Assembly: GCA_032718475.1 (NCBI GenBank)
Contig: JAUCBJ010007585.1
Span: 1 to 64,000 of the forward strand
Length of the DNA stretch: 64,000 nucleotides
Source of the DNA: Nemertoderma westbladi
Taxonomy: Eukaryota; Animalia; Xenacoelomorpha
Direction of reading: 5' to 3'
The translations under genes and the position numbers were made by a program. This document shows positions 38,969 to 52,437 of this stretch, one piece after another; position 1 is the first letter of the stretch; each line of letters begins with the position of its first letter. Under the pieces are notes generated by a model. That model saw only the letters and a program-made list of their open reading frames with translations, did not search any database and was not told where the DNA came from.

Positions 38969-41900
38969 TATTTCTAATATAATCAAGCTACACACTGCGC
39001 CAATATTATGTGTTTGAATAAAGAAAGTTATGTAATTAATTAGTTTACTAACAAACATATATATTAGTGGCCTACTTTCCTTCCATCACCTTATATAACT
39101 AATCGCACTCAACATTAACTTTAACCAAAGTTCAAACATACTGAGTTAAACCATACAGCTGTATTAATAAGAGTCAATATAAATAAATACCCATTACAGT
39201 TATGCTGACAAATATTCGTTCACTGCCTTGTAATTGGCATTTTTTGCCAGATAATCTATCCTCAAACTTTGATATACTTGCATTCGTCGAGCCTACTCAC
39301 ATAACCCGAACAACTAGCATATCACCATCCCCCGTTATTTCCACTCTGCCGAATTCTATCTCCAACATAGATATTTCGAGCCCTTACGGCACAAGCAACC
39401 ACTGCGTAATTACTTTCTCATATAAATTTCCCTATTCAGACAATACCAGCATACACTAGACGGATTTGGCTTTATAAGGAGGCGGAATTTCCAAAATTCA
39501 GGCGCCTTTTGACTGAAACTAATTGGGACAGTGTCTACACCGATTACACTGAAGTTGATGACATCGTTTCGATCTGTACAGATTGATTTTTCTTTTGTGC
39601 CAGTTCTTCAATTCCAAATAAAATTATTACAGTACACCCAAATGATAATCCGTGGTATACCACTGAGTTAAGACGCCTCTCTCGCATTAAAGATAGAGTA
39701 CATCGGGCTGCTACATCCACCAACAACTGCAACTCTTGGAACAACTTTCGTTCAGCTAGAAATAAGTACTTTCTAGAATGCCGCAAAGCCAAAAATGAGT
39801 ATTTTGCAAACCTGTCAGAAAAAAATCTTGCCACAAGGTCTTCCAGCAAACAATGGTGGTCAATTTGCAAACAATTAATGGTAAAAGCTCCGGAACTGGA
39901 GATTACCTCAGTATCTCATAATAACATCGTTGTTGTATGCTGTGGAGTAGGCGGACCTCTCTAAATCTTTCTTTATCGATCAATACTGATTGGACGAATC
40001 TAACTTCATTATGCCAAAAACTGCTCCTCCAGAACCTGTGCTTACCAAGATCAAATTTTGTGCATCTAAAATTCTGTGTGACATTAAAACTTTAGACCCA
40101 GATGATGCTACCTGTCCCACCAAAGGAATTTCAAACAGAATGATAAAGGCTGGAATGCCGGTGATAAAAGATCACGTTTCCAAATTCTTTCAATTTATCT
40201 TTGATAGTGGGTATCATCCAAAAAAATAGAAAATGCGCTATGTCCTGCCACTCTTGAAAAAATTTCCAAGTGATATTTGTAACAACTTTCGTCCAGTTGC
40301 TCTTACCAGTAACCTTGGGAAGTTGTTCGAGCACTACATTCATAGAATAATCTTCACTCATATCAAGACCTACATCTCCAAATTTCAGTCTGGTTTCAAG
40401 GGTGGGGATGGTACTATCTATCAATTGATTTCACTCTACAATGCCCTTGCTAGTGCTTTACACAAAGGGAAGAAGGTCCAAATAGTATTTCTAGATATAA
40501 GTAAGGCTTTTGACAAAGTCCATCACAAAAGTCTGCTGCATAAAATTGAAAACATGGGAATTGGGGGGAAGCTTCTGGAATGGCTCCACAACTATTTGAA
40601 TTACACTTTTCAATGTTTTGCAGTGAATGGTCAGCAATCGTCTTGGGTGAAGGTCTTGGCTGGAATCCCCCATGGTTCTGTCTTGGGACCCCTACTGTTT
40701 TTGATTTTCATCAACAACATAATGGATGTAGTTAGTGGCAACATTAGCCTTTAAGGTGATGACACTGCTCTCTACATAGAGGTCAATTTCAGGTCCAACC
40801 GCATTCTTGCCGCATCTAATCTTAATGCAGACCTTACTTCAATATACAATTGGGGCGCGAGATGGTTAGTTCAATTCAACCCCTTGAAGACGGAGAGTAT
40901 GCTGTTCTCACATCGCAGGTCATGCAATCATAATCATCTTCCTCTCTTCCTCAATGGTATCTCGATCCCTGAAGTTGAAGAGCACCAACACCAACACCAA
41001 CCACCACCAGCACTAAAATGGCACTCACAGGTTGAAAAAATGCTAAAATCTGGAAATAATAAGTTAAATATGTTACAAATTGTTAAATACAAGGTTAGCA
41101 GGGATGCACTCATGAATATTTACAAATCTTTTGTCAGCTCAAACTTGGAATATGCCAGTGCCATTTGGGACAACTGCTCTCAGGATCTCAAATTGGAGTT
41201 GGAGCTCCTAAATAAGGAAGCTATTCGAATAGTTTGCAGATTGGCAGTTTCTTGCCAGACGAGCGAACTATATAAGGAGTCTGGGCTGTGCCCTGCCCAC
41301 TCTAACAAAGACGAGAATTTAAGAAATTGTGTATAATCTACAAAATGATGACGGACCGCGCCCCCCAACACTTATTGGATATCCTTCCACCTGTTGTTAG
41401 GTCCGCTAAGTGCATACAACACCCGTAACTCCACGAATGTTCACCCTCCTATGGCCCATAGGAACTTCTACAGAGATTCGTTTCTAACTTCTACTGTTAG
41501 AATGTGGAACTCACTTCCAATCGATTTGCGTTCTGCAGGCACAATTGAAAGTTTCAGGAATGGTGTATTTCCAGTAATATGTTCCTTGTCTCGTGTTCCC
41601 TATTATTATACACTGGGATCAACATCAATCAACAGCTTATTGATGCGACTCGGATGCAATTGCTCCTCAATGAATTCCGATCTCTTCTCTAACCATGTTA
41701 AATTAACAAAATTATGTTCCTGTGGTCATCAGCGAGGACGCATTCCACTACTTTATGGAATGTTTCCATTTTCACTCTCTTCATGTTGTCTTGCATGCAG
41801 CTATTTCAAATTTAGGACTAATGCCAACATTGACACTATAAGGCCCTCCAACAGATGTTAATCACCCATCATCCATAACTATGCAGCACAACAAGGCGCT

Positions 41901-42605
41901 TATTCTTATGACCTAATCTCCGCATTTGTATCCAACACAGGTAGTTTTAATTTCCTAGGGTATAAGTGTCATCCGACTTCGGCATGGCGACCTAGATGCT
42001 CATCTTAATGACTGCAATAAACCCAGATATTATTTTTTTAAATTACAACCAAACCTAAATTAATTCTTTTATAACCTAGCCCCTACAAATTTTAATTTAC
42101 AACATTTTGTGGTTGCAACACAAAATTTTTTATTCTACTTGGATGTAACAGTAATTTCTATATTTCTATATTCACTCTACTGAACGCTGTAATTACTGGC
42201 TTACTTTTGGGATATCAATTTTTCAACTTCCTACTGCGATGGATCTGCATGTTTTGGTTTGGGTATGTGTGAGGTGTGTGTTACCTCTTTCCTTTGTATG
42301 TACTGTAGTCGTACCTGGGTATGTGCGCTGTGTTCATTTCCATTGTATGTCTGTTGTGCAAATTGAATTATAAATATTGACAAGAGGGTTCTCATAAGCT
42401 TCGGCTTGTTGCCCAATTGTCCTCTTCTGTGGATAATAAATGTAAAAAAAAAAATTCACCTAACCAGTGTAAACACTTTTGTGGTGTGTCCATAGGCATC
42501 CTACGCACCAGCACAAAATATAGGTTTACCTGTACAATGTATATACAATGAAAAAAATAAACATAACATGCTCCTGTAAGCTGATACAGTACCTCCAATC
42601 ACAAA

Positions 42606-44614
42606 ATGGCTGCGAAGCAAAATGTGGTATCAAATGATGGTGTAGGATTGGATTATCAATTTTCTAGAATGAAAATGATGTATTCGTGCTTAGATATAAA
42701 TTGTATACCTAAATTACAAGAGATCGAATATAAATTAACACTGTTCAACAAAAATTATACAACCTTGCTAACGTGTATTGTAGAAAAAAGCAATTCACTG
42801 TGGATCGCCGACATGACTAGGGAGGCAAAACTGAATAAATTACATAAAACAATGGAGATGATGTTAAAAAATCAAATTGATACATTACAGGAACATATTA
42901 ATTGTTACCTTTTTTCCACTCTTCTACCCAGTGAGCAGATAAACCGCTTACAAACATTATATAACTTAGGCAGTAAACTCGATAACTTCATCGAAATATG
43001 GAGAAGTTGACATTTAGAAGGAGGGGCTGGTCTATACAGTTTTGATGGAAAATATTATTATATTTTACCTGTAAAGAGTCTATCATCCATCGCAGCCCTC
43101 CCTATACCACTAGACCAGCCACAAACATTCCATATATGCTCCAGGAAGGACAGCAAACCCTCCAGTGCCACTCCATTCCATATGATATGATTCTTATGCA
43201 AACACCAGAAATGCACCAAACTCATTTCATTATATGCAACCAGGATCGCTTCAAACTCAACATGTGCAACCGGGACTGGAACAAAGTCCAACATTCCACC
43301 AGCTACTATTAATCTCTGGCACTGAACAACCTGGACCATCTCAAATGGACCATATGCAACTGGAATTTCTTCAAACTCAACATATGCAACAGGGAGTGGA
43401 ACAAAGTCAAACATTCCACCAGCTACCTTTAATCCCTGGCACTAAACAACCTGGACCATCTCAAAGGGACCATATGCAACTGGAATTTCTTCAAACTTAA
43501 CATATGCAACCGGGGGCGGTACAAAGTCAAAAATTCCACCAGCCACCATTATTTCAAGGTACTAAACAACCTGGACCATCTCAAAGGGACCATATGCCAC
43601 TGGAATTTCTTCAAACTCAACATAAGCAACCGGTAGTGGAACAGAGTCCAACATTCCACAAGCCACCATTAATCCCCAGTACTATGCAACCTGGACATAA
43701 TATTCAGCAATTGTCCGAAAAGTTTTCAAACAGTTTGTTATTAACTCCTCGGGAAGACCTTGGAAATGCAAGACTAAAGCATACACAGGTTGACCGTAAC
43801 GTACAGCAATTAGCAACTACATCGGAAGTGAGATGCATTTTGAAAGAGGACGAAACATACTCTGGTCGGTGTGAATAATATATTGATGTTGAACAAAAAT
43901 TTGGGTATATAGAATCTACAAAAATAAGTAAAACAATTGTATGTTTTAAAACATCAAATCTCCATAGCAATGGATACCGGATGAGTTTGAAACCGCGCGA
44001 TGGTGTTATTTTTCAGTGCAAACCTACAACGAACTATAGAAATATATTATAAAGTTACACGGGTTAGTGTTGAAGGAAAGGATGCCTGTTGCTCAGGTCG
44101 AATCTATGATAAATCTATCCTAGAGGAGGACACAACTTATGAAGGTTTTTGTATATTCTATTCTGAAATAAATAGACATGGGTATATAACTCCAATAGAT
44201 GAAAACAAAAAAGAACTTTGCGACTGCCGCACTATATCATTTTTTCAAAATAAAACACATATTGATAGGTGTCGCTGTGAATGGCATATAAAAGGCAGAC
44301 ATATTCTATTCGAGTATAAATATAATAATACTGGAAAAAGATCTGCCACCTGTGTCACCACCAGTGATACCTCATGTGAGGTAGCTCGAAATATTAACAT
44401 GTATCATAAAAATGCTGGAAAAAATCATGAACAAGGGACTGTGATTAGTAGGGGCGAGTGCAATTCTTGTTACAACATATATGTTCATTGCAAAAAGACC
44501 AAACTTTATAATGAGCTAGTAGAGGTGGACAATGGAAGGCATCCCGTTAACTTTCAGTTTCAATATGAAGTAGCGGTAAATGAAGGGGTTGCAACATGGA
44601 TGAAATTTATTTGA
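42606..44614 (+). pseudogene. Decayed paralog of the Gln-repeat multi-cold-shock-domain gene
   Basis: High nucleotide similarity to 55179-58106; stops at 43008, 43498 and 43876, frameshifts, only ~4 of the 120-bp repeats, and deletion of the third domain. Confidence 0.9.
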
Positions 44615-45529
44615 TTAGATAATTAGATAGATATAGGCCCAGTTGTAATTTCATTGTCATAAATAAATTTCATTGTGATAAATATTTAATATGTGTCATG
44701 TGATTGTTTATGGCAAATAATATGGTAACAGTGTTTGTCCCACAACATTCCACCTAAATTAAGAATATGTTCCGATTTTGAACCTGACTAGTAACCGTTG
44801 CTATTATAAAAATTAGTATTGTATAAAATATGCCATTGCTACGGATATCTTGTTACTATTCTATTAAAATTGGCAATTGTATGAAAAAAAAACGCAAACG
44901 CTAAATAAAGTTAATACTGTAAAAAACCCAATGTTCTTATGAAAAACCCCGGTTGCTATGATAAGCTTTCGTTACTAAGAACATTGAAGTCAATTCAAAT
45001 ATATTTTTGTAATGTTTAAAGTACTGAAGGTGCGATATACAGATAAGTGGCCAAACTAGAGTCATTTTTTCGTATAAAATAAAGTTTCTCAAAACCCAAC
45101 AACATATGATATATATTCTGAAAGCTCAGAGTCTGTAGAATTCAGTGAGAGTATTGCCGACCTTAAATATGATCTGTAAAAAAATATACTGCTTCTCCAT
45201 TCCAGTCCACTTTCTGTAACCATTACTTTAATACATATTATATGATACAGTAAATTCATGGTACGACTGACACTACCAAACACACATTAAATGCAGCGTA
45301 TGAACTTTATGCATCAAATGAAAGCATTTTCAAGGACGATTTCAGAACTTTATTATTTTATCTAGGTACCAAATTATATGCGATTCTATCAGCTTTAACA
45401 TTGGTTACAGGTGGGGACAGTTTATGGTTTTCCCTGGCCTCCCAGCAGTATGGGGCTCTGTAGGATACTGAGAAGAAAACAGGCCTTGCGGGAGTGAAGG
45501 GGTCACTGCAGGCCCTCCAGTACCCACAC

Positions 45530-46930
45530 CTCTATAGTACAGGTCGTATGCAAAATTGGGCATTAGAAAATGGCTGTAAATAGTCCCTTAAACGTCCATC
45601 CAGACTGGTTACCATTGGCGAGTTTGGGTGCCTTGGGGGTTGGGTTGGAGTTGTGGAGGTTCTCCACCCGACCACCAAACACAGAGAAGATCCCAAAATG
45701 GTACCGCAGTAATATTTGCCCCAGAATCGGGGAGAAACTGGAGCTCCTCCACGCCGTAGTTGCGGTTCTTGGAGACTTGGAAGCCCTGGGTTAAAGTTTC
45801 CAGTTGCTCCAGTTCCTCCATAGAGGAGACCATGGGGCAGTCGTCCAGTTCTGGACCAGAGAAGATTGACCAGACTTGAGCATTGTATGTGGTTGGAGTC
45901 TGGAATACCATGTTCCTTGGGGCCATTGGCGGCGTGGGCCTGGGACGCGCAATGTTGCTGTTTATTGCGGCACATTCAGTCGTAATGTCTGAGTTTATTG
46001 CAGTGCCTGCAACGTGCATTAGTTCCAGGGCAAGTTTCCCTGGAAGCATGGACTGGGTATCCACACTGGGGGCACATAGGCGTCTTGGGTGTGTGTGTGG
46101 GGGGGGGGGGGGGGGGGGGTTGTTAGGGCGAAGGTTGGGTGTGGTGGATGCCCATGCGGATGTGGGCATCACAAGATATGTCGCCGGATAATGCTGCCGT
46201 GTTCAAAGAGATGGAGGCGGTATCTTTTCTGGCCGTCCACACTGCCTGCGCCATAGTAAGGGCGTCATTTAGGGAGCTGTACAAGGGCAGGCGGAGGAGG
46301 TGTTCCATTACCTCCTTATCAGTAAACCCAACTGATAACCCAGTTGAACTGGTCGAGGAGTCAATCAGTTAAATGCACATCGGCTGTCGGGAGTGCCTCG
46401 AAGGAGCACTTAGTGGCGATATTGCGCAAATTAACGAGAAAAGTCTCGGGAGTTTCCTCTGGAAGGCGAATGGTGGGTGAACGCCTTTATTCCCCCCCCC
46501 TATCGATATGGATGCTGAGTTTCTGTATAACGACATTCGCGTTGGCGTTCTCGACAGAGGAGAGAGTGAGTCCTTTGACTACGGCATTGGTTGCCCAGGA
46601 GAATGCAGTTGTTAGGGCGGCGCGTATCTGCGTAAGGCGGAAGAATGTCTCGGATAGATCCAGGATCTGGTGGGTTGGCGGAATCTGCCAAATGTAGATT
46701 GTCCACTGTCCAGTCCGGATGTAATTAGGAAAGCCTCCCATTCGTCCTTCCAGAGTTCCCAGGTAGAACGTTCGGTATCAAGGTCGAATGGAGTTGGGTT
46801 GCTGCGGAGCACAAACTTGCGTGGATCACGAGCATCATTGTTAGCGCCGGTAGACATTACAGAACGCATGCATGAAGCAATCTGGGTTGGGTTAACCGAT
46901 CGTAAGTAGGTAAACCATAAACTGCACCAT
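45530..46930 (-). mobile_element. Ty3/Gypsy gag-protease fragment, decayed
   Basis: PTPFDL...WELWKDEWEAFLITSGL (Gypsy gag N-terminus), LQFLPDSGANITAVP (protease), PBS-like TGGTGCAG at ~46922-46929. Confidence 0.7.
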
Positions 46931-47477
46931 GACTGATAATGAATGTGTAATGATATAAACTAAGGAAAAACCAAACTGAAAGTAGTTAGAGAGTCAGTGT
47001 ATACTACTCAACTATTACACATTTCACCTTCTAAAGGTAGACTTGAGAACCGCAGATGGATTAGTCTCCCTTAAAATATACAGCTGATTGTCTTCCATTT
47101 ATATATCCTCCAAGTTTCATCATAAACGGATAAAAAGCAAAGGAATTGAAGGACATTTCATGATTAGACATGTATCCTGACAGATGAAATGTTATTGTTC
47201 TTGTAGACCTTACGATGATATGTGGATGTGGACTGATTACTGTAGTAATTACGATTATTAAAACATTGTAATTTACCTATTTAAGAATATTAGAGCATAA
47301 GTGATGAAAAATATATTTTCTCTTAAATATAGTAATGAAATTTAATAATGAAAACAACTAAGTAATATGAAAATTACCTTTGTAACAAATCTGACAAGTT
47401 GCCATGGCATCTAGAAACTAAAACATATTGCATATATATACTTATTATTGATATAGTGGGGGTGGAGATTATTTTAA

Positions 47478-48222
47478 CCCTTTAAACCCGGGGGGTCAAA
47501 TTGACCCACCCCCAAATTTAGAAATTTCAAACTTGTTTTTTTCGGCTTTTTCGGATTTTATTGTGTCACCCTGTTTCTTGCGTTATACGGGTTTAGGATG
47601 CTTCTGAATTCAATGGAATAAGTAAAAATTGTATAGTTTTCAAACTTGTATTTTTCACAGGGGGTTTAAATTGTTGTGGCAGCACCAAATTTTTAAAAAT
47701 AAGCCAATTGATCAATAGATTGTATCATCTTGTTTCTTGCGTTATACGGGTTTATGAGCGTCCTGAATCCGTTGGAATGAATAAAAACAGCACTGGACAA
47801 TGGACATATCAACATATCAAACCTGTACTTTTTGGTGCTAGCACCAACATTTGCCTTATTAGGCCTACTCCGAAAAATAAGAGTAAAAAATTATAAATGT
47901 ATTGCATTATAATCAGCGCCCCAGAAAACCTGAAAATGTGAATTTATAGCATCGGATAAGTCAATTATAATTTTTGTGTTTAAACTGAAAAGTGCTGGTT
48001 ACTTGTTTTTTTTTTTTCATTTTTTACCAACGTAGAGGACTACAACTGCCATTTCTAGTAATCAGATCATATCTAAATACTTTTCAATAAGCGCCACAGC
48101 GCTTAATGGCGCCATAGAAAACCTGTATTTAAATATGATTTGCTGCAAATTATAACTTTAAAATTTTTCGAAAATTGTTCACAACTTGAAATTTTGGTGC
48201 TCAAAAGAACCACCGCAGTAAA
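47478..48222 (-). mobile_element. Truncated second copy of the piggyBac-like MITE (inverted relative to 21242-22691)
   Basis: TTAA|CCCTTTAAACCCGGGGGGTCAAATTGACCC terminus; internal blocks are reverse complements of ~21330-21980. Confidence 0.8.
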
Positions 48223-49240
48223 TAATCCGGGGTAATAATACGGGGTCATAGGCTGGAACCTCTACTGTTAGTCTACTTTAAGATAGTATGAGTGGGAACG
48301 CGTGGTAACAATGACAAACTAAAACTACTATATGATATTAAATTATTATAATATCTAAGGAAACAAATAAATTATTTAAAATTAGTTTAGCTTATTGAGA
48401 TAACAATACGTAAAGGTAATTTATTCGTAGTGTAGCAGCTAATAAATATATTCAACATTCCAACAGAAGAATTATTTAGTATCTACAGTATACAATGTAA
48501 CTATGTTTCACTGTTACACTGCAGAACTTGGGCTGGATGTTTAGATGCAGTATGAACTAGGGTAGTTTAATCTAGGGTAGTTCTATCTAGACATCTCACT
48601 TCGCGAGTAAGAAATAATGATATGCTTAGCCAATTCCAACATAGTACTATCTAAAGTACGAACTACCCCGGTAAAATAGACTTTTGTGGACTAGTTAATT
48701 AATTGATGTATCACCCCCACGCCTTCCCACTAAGTTGCCTAAAAAACATTTGAAATTTGAAAATTTGAAATAAAAATTCCCCGACCAGCTAGCTAATGAG
48801 TCATTGAATCTTGATTTCCGCTTTCCATTATTTTTCTGCTAAAAGCGTTTAACAGAGAAAGTCTCGGTCAGCCCGTTGATATTATTATTACACCAGCCAA
48901 ACCGCAGTTCTTTCTAGTCTGTATTGGATTTGTTGTTTCCGATGGAAAGGTGGACTAACAACTAAATAAATATGAATTTGGTTGAAAAATCGTTGAAATA
49001 TTGGCGTTAGAAAGTTGCGTGTTTGGCATGGATGTGCGCAAGATTTTTCGCATTTATTAAATATATCAAACATTCTATAATATATCTATAATATTTACGG
49101 TATTCTAGAATGTTTGTAAGTATATAGGCTCGGTCAGAAGGAATGGGCGCATTTGCGAATGGTATATACTTGGAAACTTACAGACACTGTCAGATAGGTT
49201 GCACTCTGTTTACTTTCACTTTCTTACCATTATTGCAATC

Positions 49241-49908
49241 ACCAGAATTTTTATTTTTGCTTTTATTATTTTAGCTACAAGCGTTTGAAAAAAGTGTCTC
49301 CAGCGATATTGCTCCAATTACAGCGCAGTTATTCGTCAACCTTATAGTGATTTGTTGCTACTAGTGGAAAGCTGGCCATATGCAAGGATTTCAAATATGT
49401 AAAAATATTTGAATTTGGTTTGGAAATATCTGAGAAATGAGCATTCGAATGTTGCATGTATTTACTTCCACTGCAGGCCATTTATTCTATTTAATAAATG
49501 CATAACATTCTGGAACATTGTGTTTATCTCATAAGTAGCTTGGCAACAATGCAATGCCTACATGATAAATACTAGTATATGGAAATTCCTAGTAGTAGTA
49601 CATCCATAAGCGAAATGTTCTAGAACATAGTGTATTTATTATATAGAATAAATGGCCTGTAGTGGAAGTAAATACATGCAACATTCGAATGCCCATATCT
49701 CAGCTATTTCCCAACCAAGTTCAAATATTTTTATATATTTGGAATCCTTGCATGGCCAGCTTTCCACTAATACCAAGGTTGAATGAACTGAATGAATGAA
49801 TGAACTATAAGGTTGAAGAATAACTACGGTGTAACTGGTGTAATATCGCTGTAGACACTTTTTTCAAACACGTGTAGCTAAAGAATAAAAGCAAAAATAA
49901 AAATTCTG
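49241..49908. repeat. Foldback element with ~280-bp imperfect inverted arms
   Basis: CCAGAATTTTTATTTTTGCTTTTATT...GGCCATTTATTCTAT (49241-49520) is mirrored at 49615-49908. Confidence 0.85.
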
Positions 49909-51061
49909 GCTCACCCAGGAAGGAGGAGGGAGGTGAAACTCTGTATGTTTCAAATTTCATGCAATCTCATAAATATTTGTACTGAATAACGACACTATAT
50001 TCCAGGACATGGAGTAGTTTTTGTGACTTACAATTATATTGGAAAGGAACCCCATTCTGTTCACATAGGCATATAGGAGGGATGACCCGTAATATATTGT
50101 CATTTTCTGATGACACGGACCACCACCCCCCCCCCCCCCCAGATTTTTCTAGAAATCTTTATCATATTGCAGGAAATTTGAAATTTGAAATTTATAAGCG
50201 TTTTATAAAAGTGTCTTTTGCGAAATCGCACCCTCCGTATCTCCACATTAGTCGTAATTTTTTCATATCATTAAAAAGGGAACAGTTCCGCCAGTTCCAA
50301 CAATTTCGTTGTTTTTTGTCAACAAATTTTCAAGCTTTTTTGTCAGTTTTTTTTATAAATGTTCTAGAAAGTACATTGAGTGTTCTAAAACTTTGAATAA
50401 AAGTTCTAGAACATTTTAATTATTAATTTTCGAGAATATTATTTTCTTTAAAAAAGAAAATTATTTAAAAAATTGTTAAATTTTATTATTTTTTATGCTA
50501 TGTTGCCTGTTTTTTTTTCTATTGATAAGAGTTCTAGAACATTATTAAATGTTCTAGACCATGTACCAAATTAAAAAATAAATAATAGAAATATACGATG
50601 AACGTTCCAGTTGCGACAAATGTAACGAATACGCCGACAAATTCGCGTCAAAGGTGATCGGATATCTCTGGCGACGCCAGATTCGTAATTAATGAAAGTA
50701 CACATTTTAAACTTGAACTTGAATTGAACTGAATTTGAACACATTTTAGTACAAAATGAAAATGTTGGCACGGGCGGAACTCTAGCCATTAAAAAGCTTG
50801 CGTTGCAAGGATTCCAAATATGTAACAATATCTGGATTTCGTTGAGAAGCAGCTGAGATAAAGGCGTTCAAAGATGGTAAGAATTATCGTTAGCTGTAGG
50901 CCATTTATTCTATCTAATAAATACAACAAAATTCTAGAATGTGTTATTTATTTTATAAGTTGGAAGGCAACAGCGGTATTCCTATCCAATATATATATTG
51001 CATAGCTATTCATACAAAATGTTCCAGAACATCTTGTATTTATTAAATATACTAAATGGCC

Positions 51062-51130
51062 TCGGTGCGAAAGTGTGGACGTTCAATAAATACATCCCGT
51101 ATTTATTGAACGTCCACACTTTCGCACCGA
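51062..51130. repeat. Perfect 32-bp inverted repeat with a 5-nt loop
   Basis: TCGGTGCGAAAGTGTGGACGTTCAATAAATAC-ATCCC-GTATTTATTGAACGTCCACACTTTCGCACCGA. Confidence 0.97.
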
Positions 51131-52320
51131 CGGGCAATAGTACTGAAACACGCTAATTTGCCAACAGTCACCGGTTTTACTTGCATATAGGGAGAACTTA
51201 ACTCACGTACGTTGGGGTCTATGAAACAGCATAAACTCATACAAACATCTGTTATTTGAACTATGCAATTGTGGATAGTAAACCCCTCCGCTTACCTCAA
51301 TGATCATGAAAACCAAGAGATCTACCGGTTATTCGTTAGTATTCTCCAACTATTAACATGAATCCATATGATATAATGACAACAGATTATAACAGCATAA
51401 ATCAGTATAAAAATGCGGTGTTGCGGAAATATCAGACAGTCAGTATGCGTTGCAGTGAGTATTGAAGGACGGTTAAATGAATGCAAAAGTAAACGTCTAA
51501 TAGATTTGCGTTCTGTAATCTTTCTAGCCACTGGTGTTTAAAGAAGAACGTAAACAAAGATAATAATAATATCCAATGGCTAGTGATTTCGTAATTTGAG
51601 CATCTGAGTTTTTGTAGGAATGTAGGGGAAAGTGTTATACTGAGAATAAACGCTGGAGGGAGTAAGTTTACATCAGTTCATAAAATACAAAGTTCTTGAG
51701 AGTTTTCAAGGGTTTAGAGTACCCAGCGCATTGTGTAAAATGGGGACATTTTGGCCGCAAAAGCTTTAACACCACTCCCAGAAAATGGGACTTAGGTCTA
51801 TAAAATATACATAGATTCACAATTTCTTAATATAATAACTACTCTAAACAATCAATCTTTCTTTCTAGAACGATGTTTACGGAGTTTCTTGAACTTTTGA
51901 GCGGTGGTTGTCTTCTTTCCGGCGCTACGAGCCACTTTACTCGGAGGACTATAACTCCTCGGGGAAGGGTGCAATATATTTGCATCACTTTTGGGACTCA
52001 GAACTTTTGGGCGGTGGTTGTCTTCTTCCCGGCGCTACGAGCCACTCGGTGGACTCGGCTACTTACTCGGAGGACTATAACTCCTCGGGGAAGGGTTGGG
52101 TTTGCGGTCGGTATATCCGCCAGTCGAGGTACCTGGTTGGTCGATGTCCATAGAGGCTGCGCTTCACTCCTGGGACGGTGTTTCGGTATCAACACGTCTA
52201 CCAGAGGGTCGAAGGGGTTGAGGTCGTACGATCTTTAGCGCTCGTCTCAAGACCGCAGCTTGGACAGGTCCTGCCTTAGTCGTTTGTACGACTGCCGTTG
52301 GTAGGCCGTGGGTTATTAGG
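51099..52320 (-). mobile_element. BEL/Pao fragment: accessory-ORF C-terminus, PPT and part of the LTR, homologous to 7610-7875
   Basis: DANILHPSPRSYSPPSKVAR..KFKKLRKHRSRKKD* vs DAIILHPSPRIYNPPSKVAR..SLKKLRKRRLRKKD*; CCCATTTTCTGGGAGTGG|TGTTAAAGCTTTTGCG (LTR starts at 51771). The left boundary is uncertain. Confidence 0.8.
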
Positions 52321-52437
52321 AACTTCCGAGATTTCACAGTTTTGACTAATAATTAATTGACTAACGACTTTCATGGCCAGCTTTCCACTAATACCAACAA
52401 ATCACTATAAGGTTGAAGAATAACTGCGGTGTAACTG

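Larger units (their letters stand above)
35153..39198 (-). mobile_element. Ty3/Gypsy LTR retrotransposon, 4046 bp, recent insertion
   Basis: Two apparently identical 195-bp LTRs (35153-35347 and 39004-39198); 5-bp TSD GTTAT; PBS TGGCGCAGTGTG; PPT TGTGGGGGAAATG. Confidence 0.97.
35004..41960 (+). mobile_element. CR1-type LINE ORF2 (2A-like peptide, deleted APE, RT, C-terminal Cys/His), interrupted by a Gypsy element
   Basis: SGDIHPNPGP|SLPSIKV-MLTNIRSL joins across the Gypsy insertion; FRPVALTSNLGKLFE, FLDISKAFDKV, GIPHGSVLGPLLF, GDDTAL, LEYASAIWD, CSCG..ED..H...C; many stops. Confidence 0.9.
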
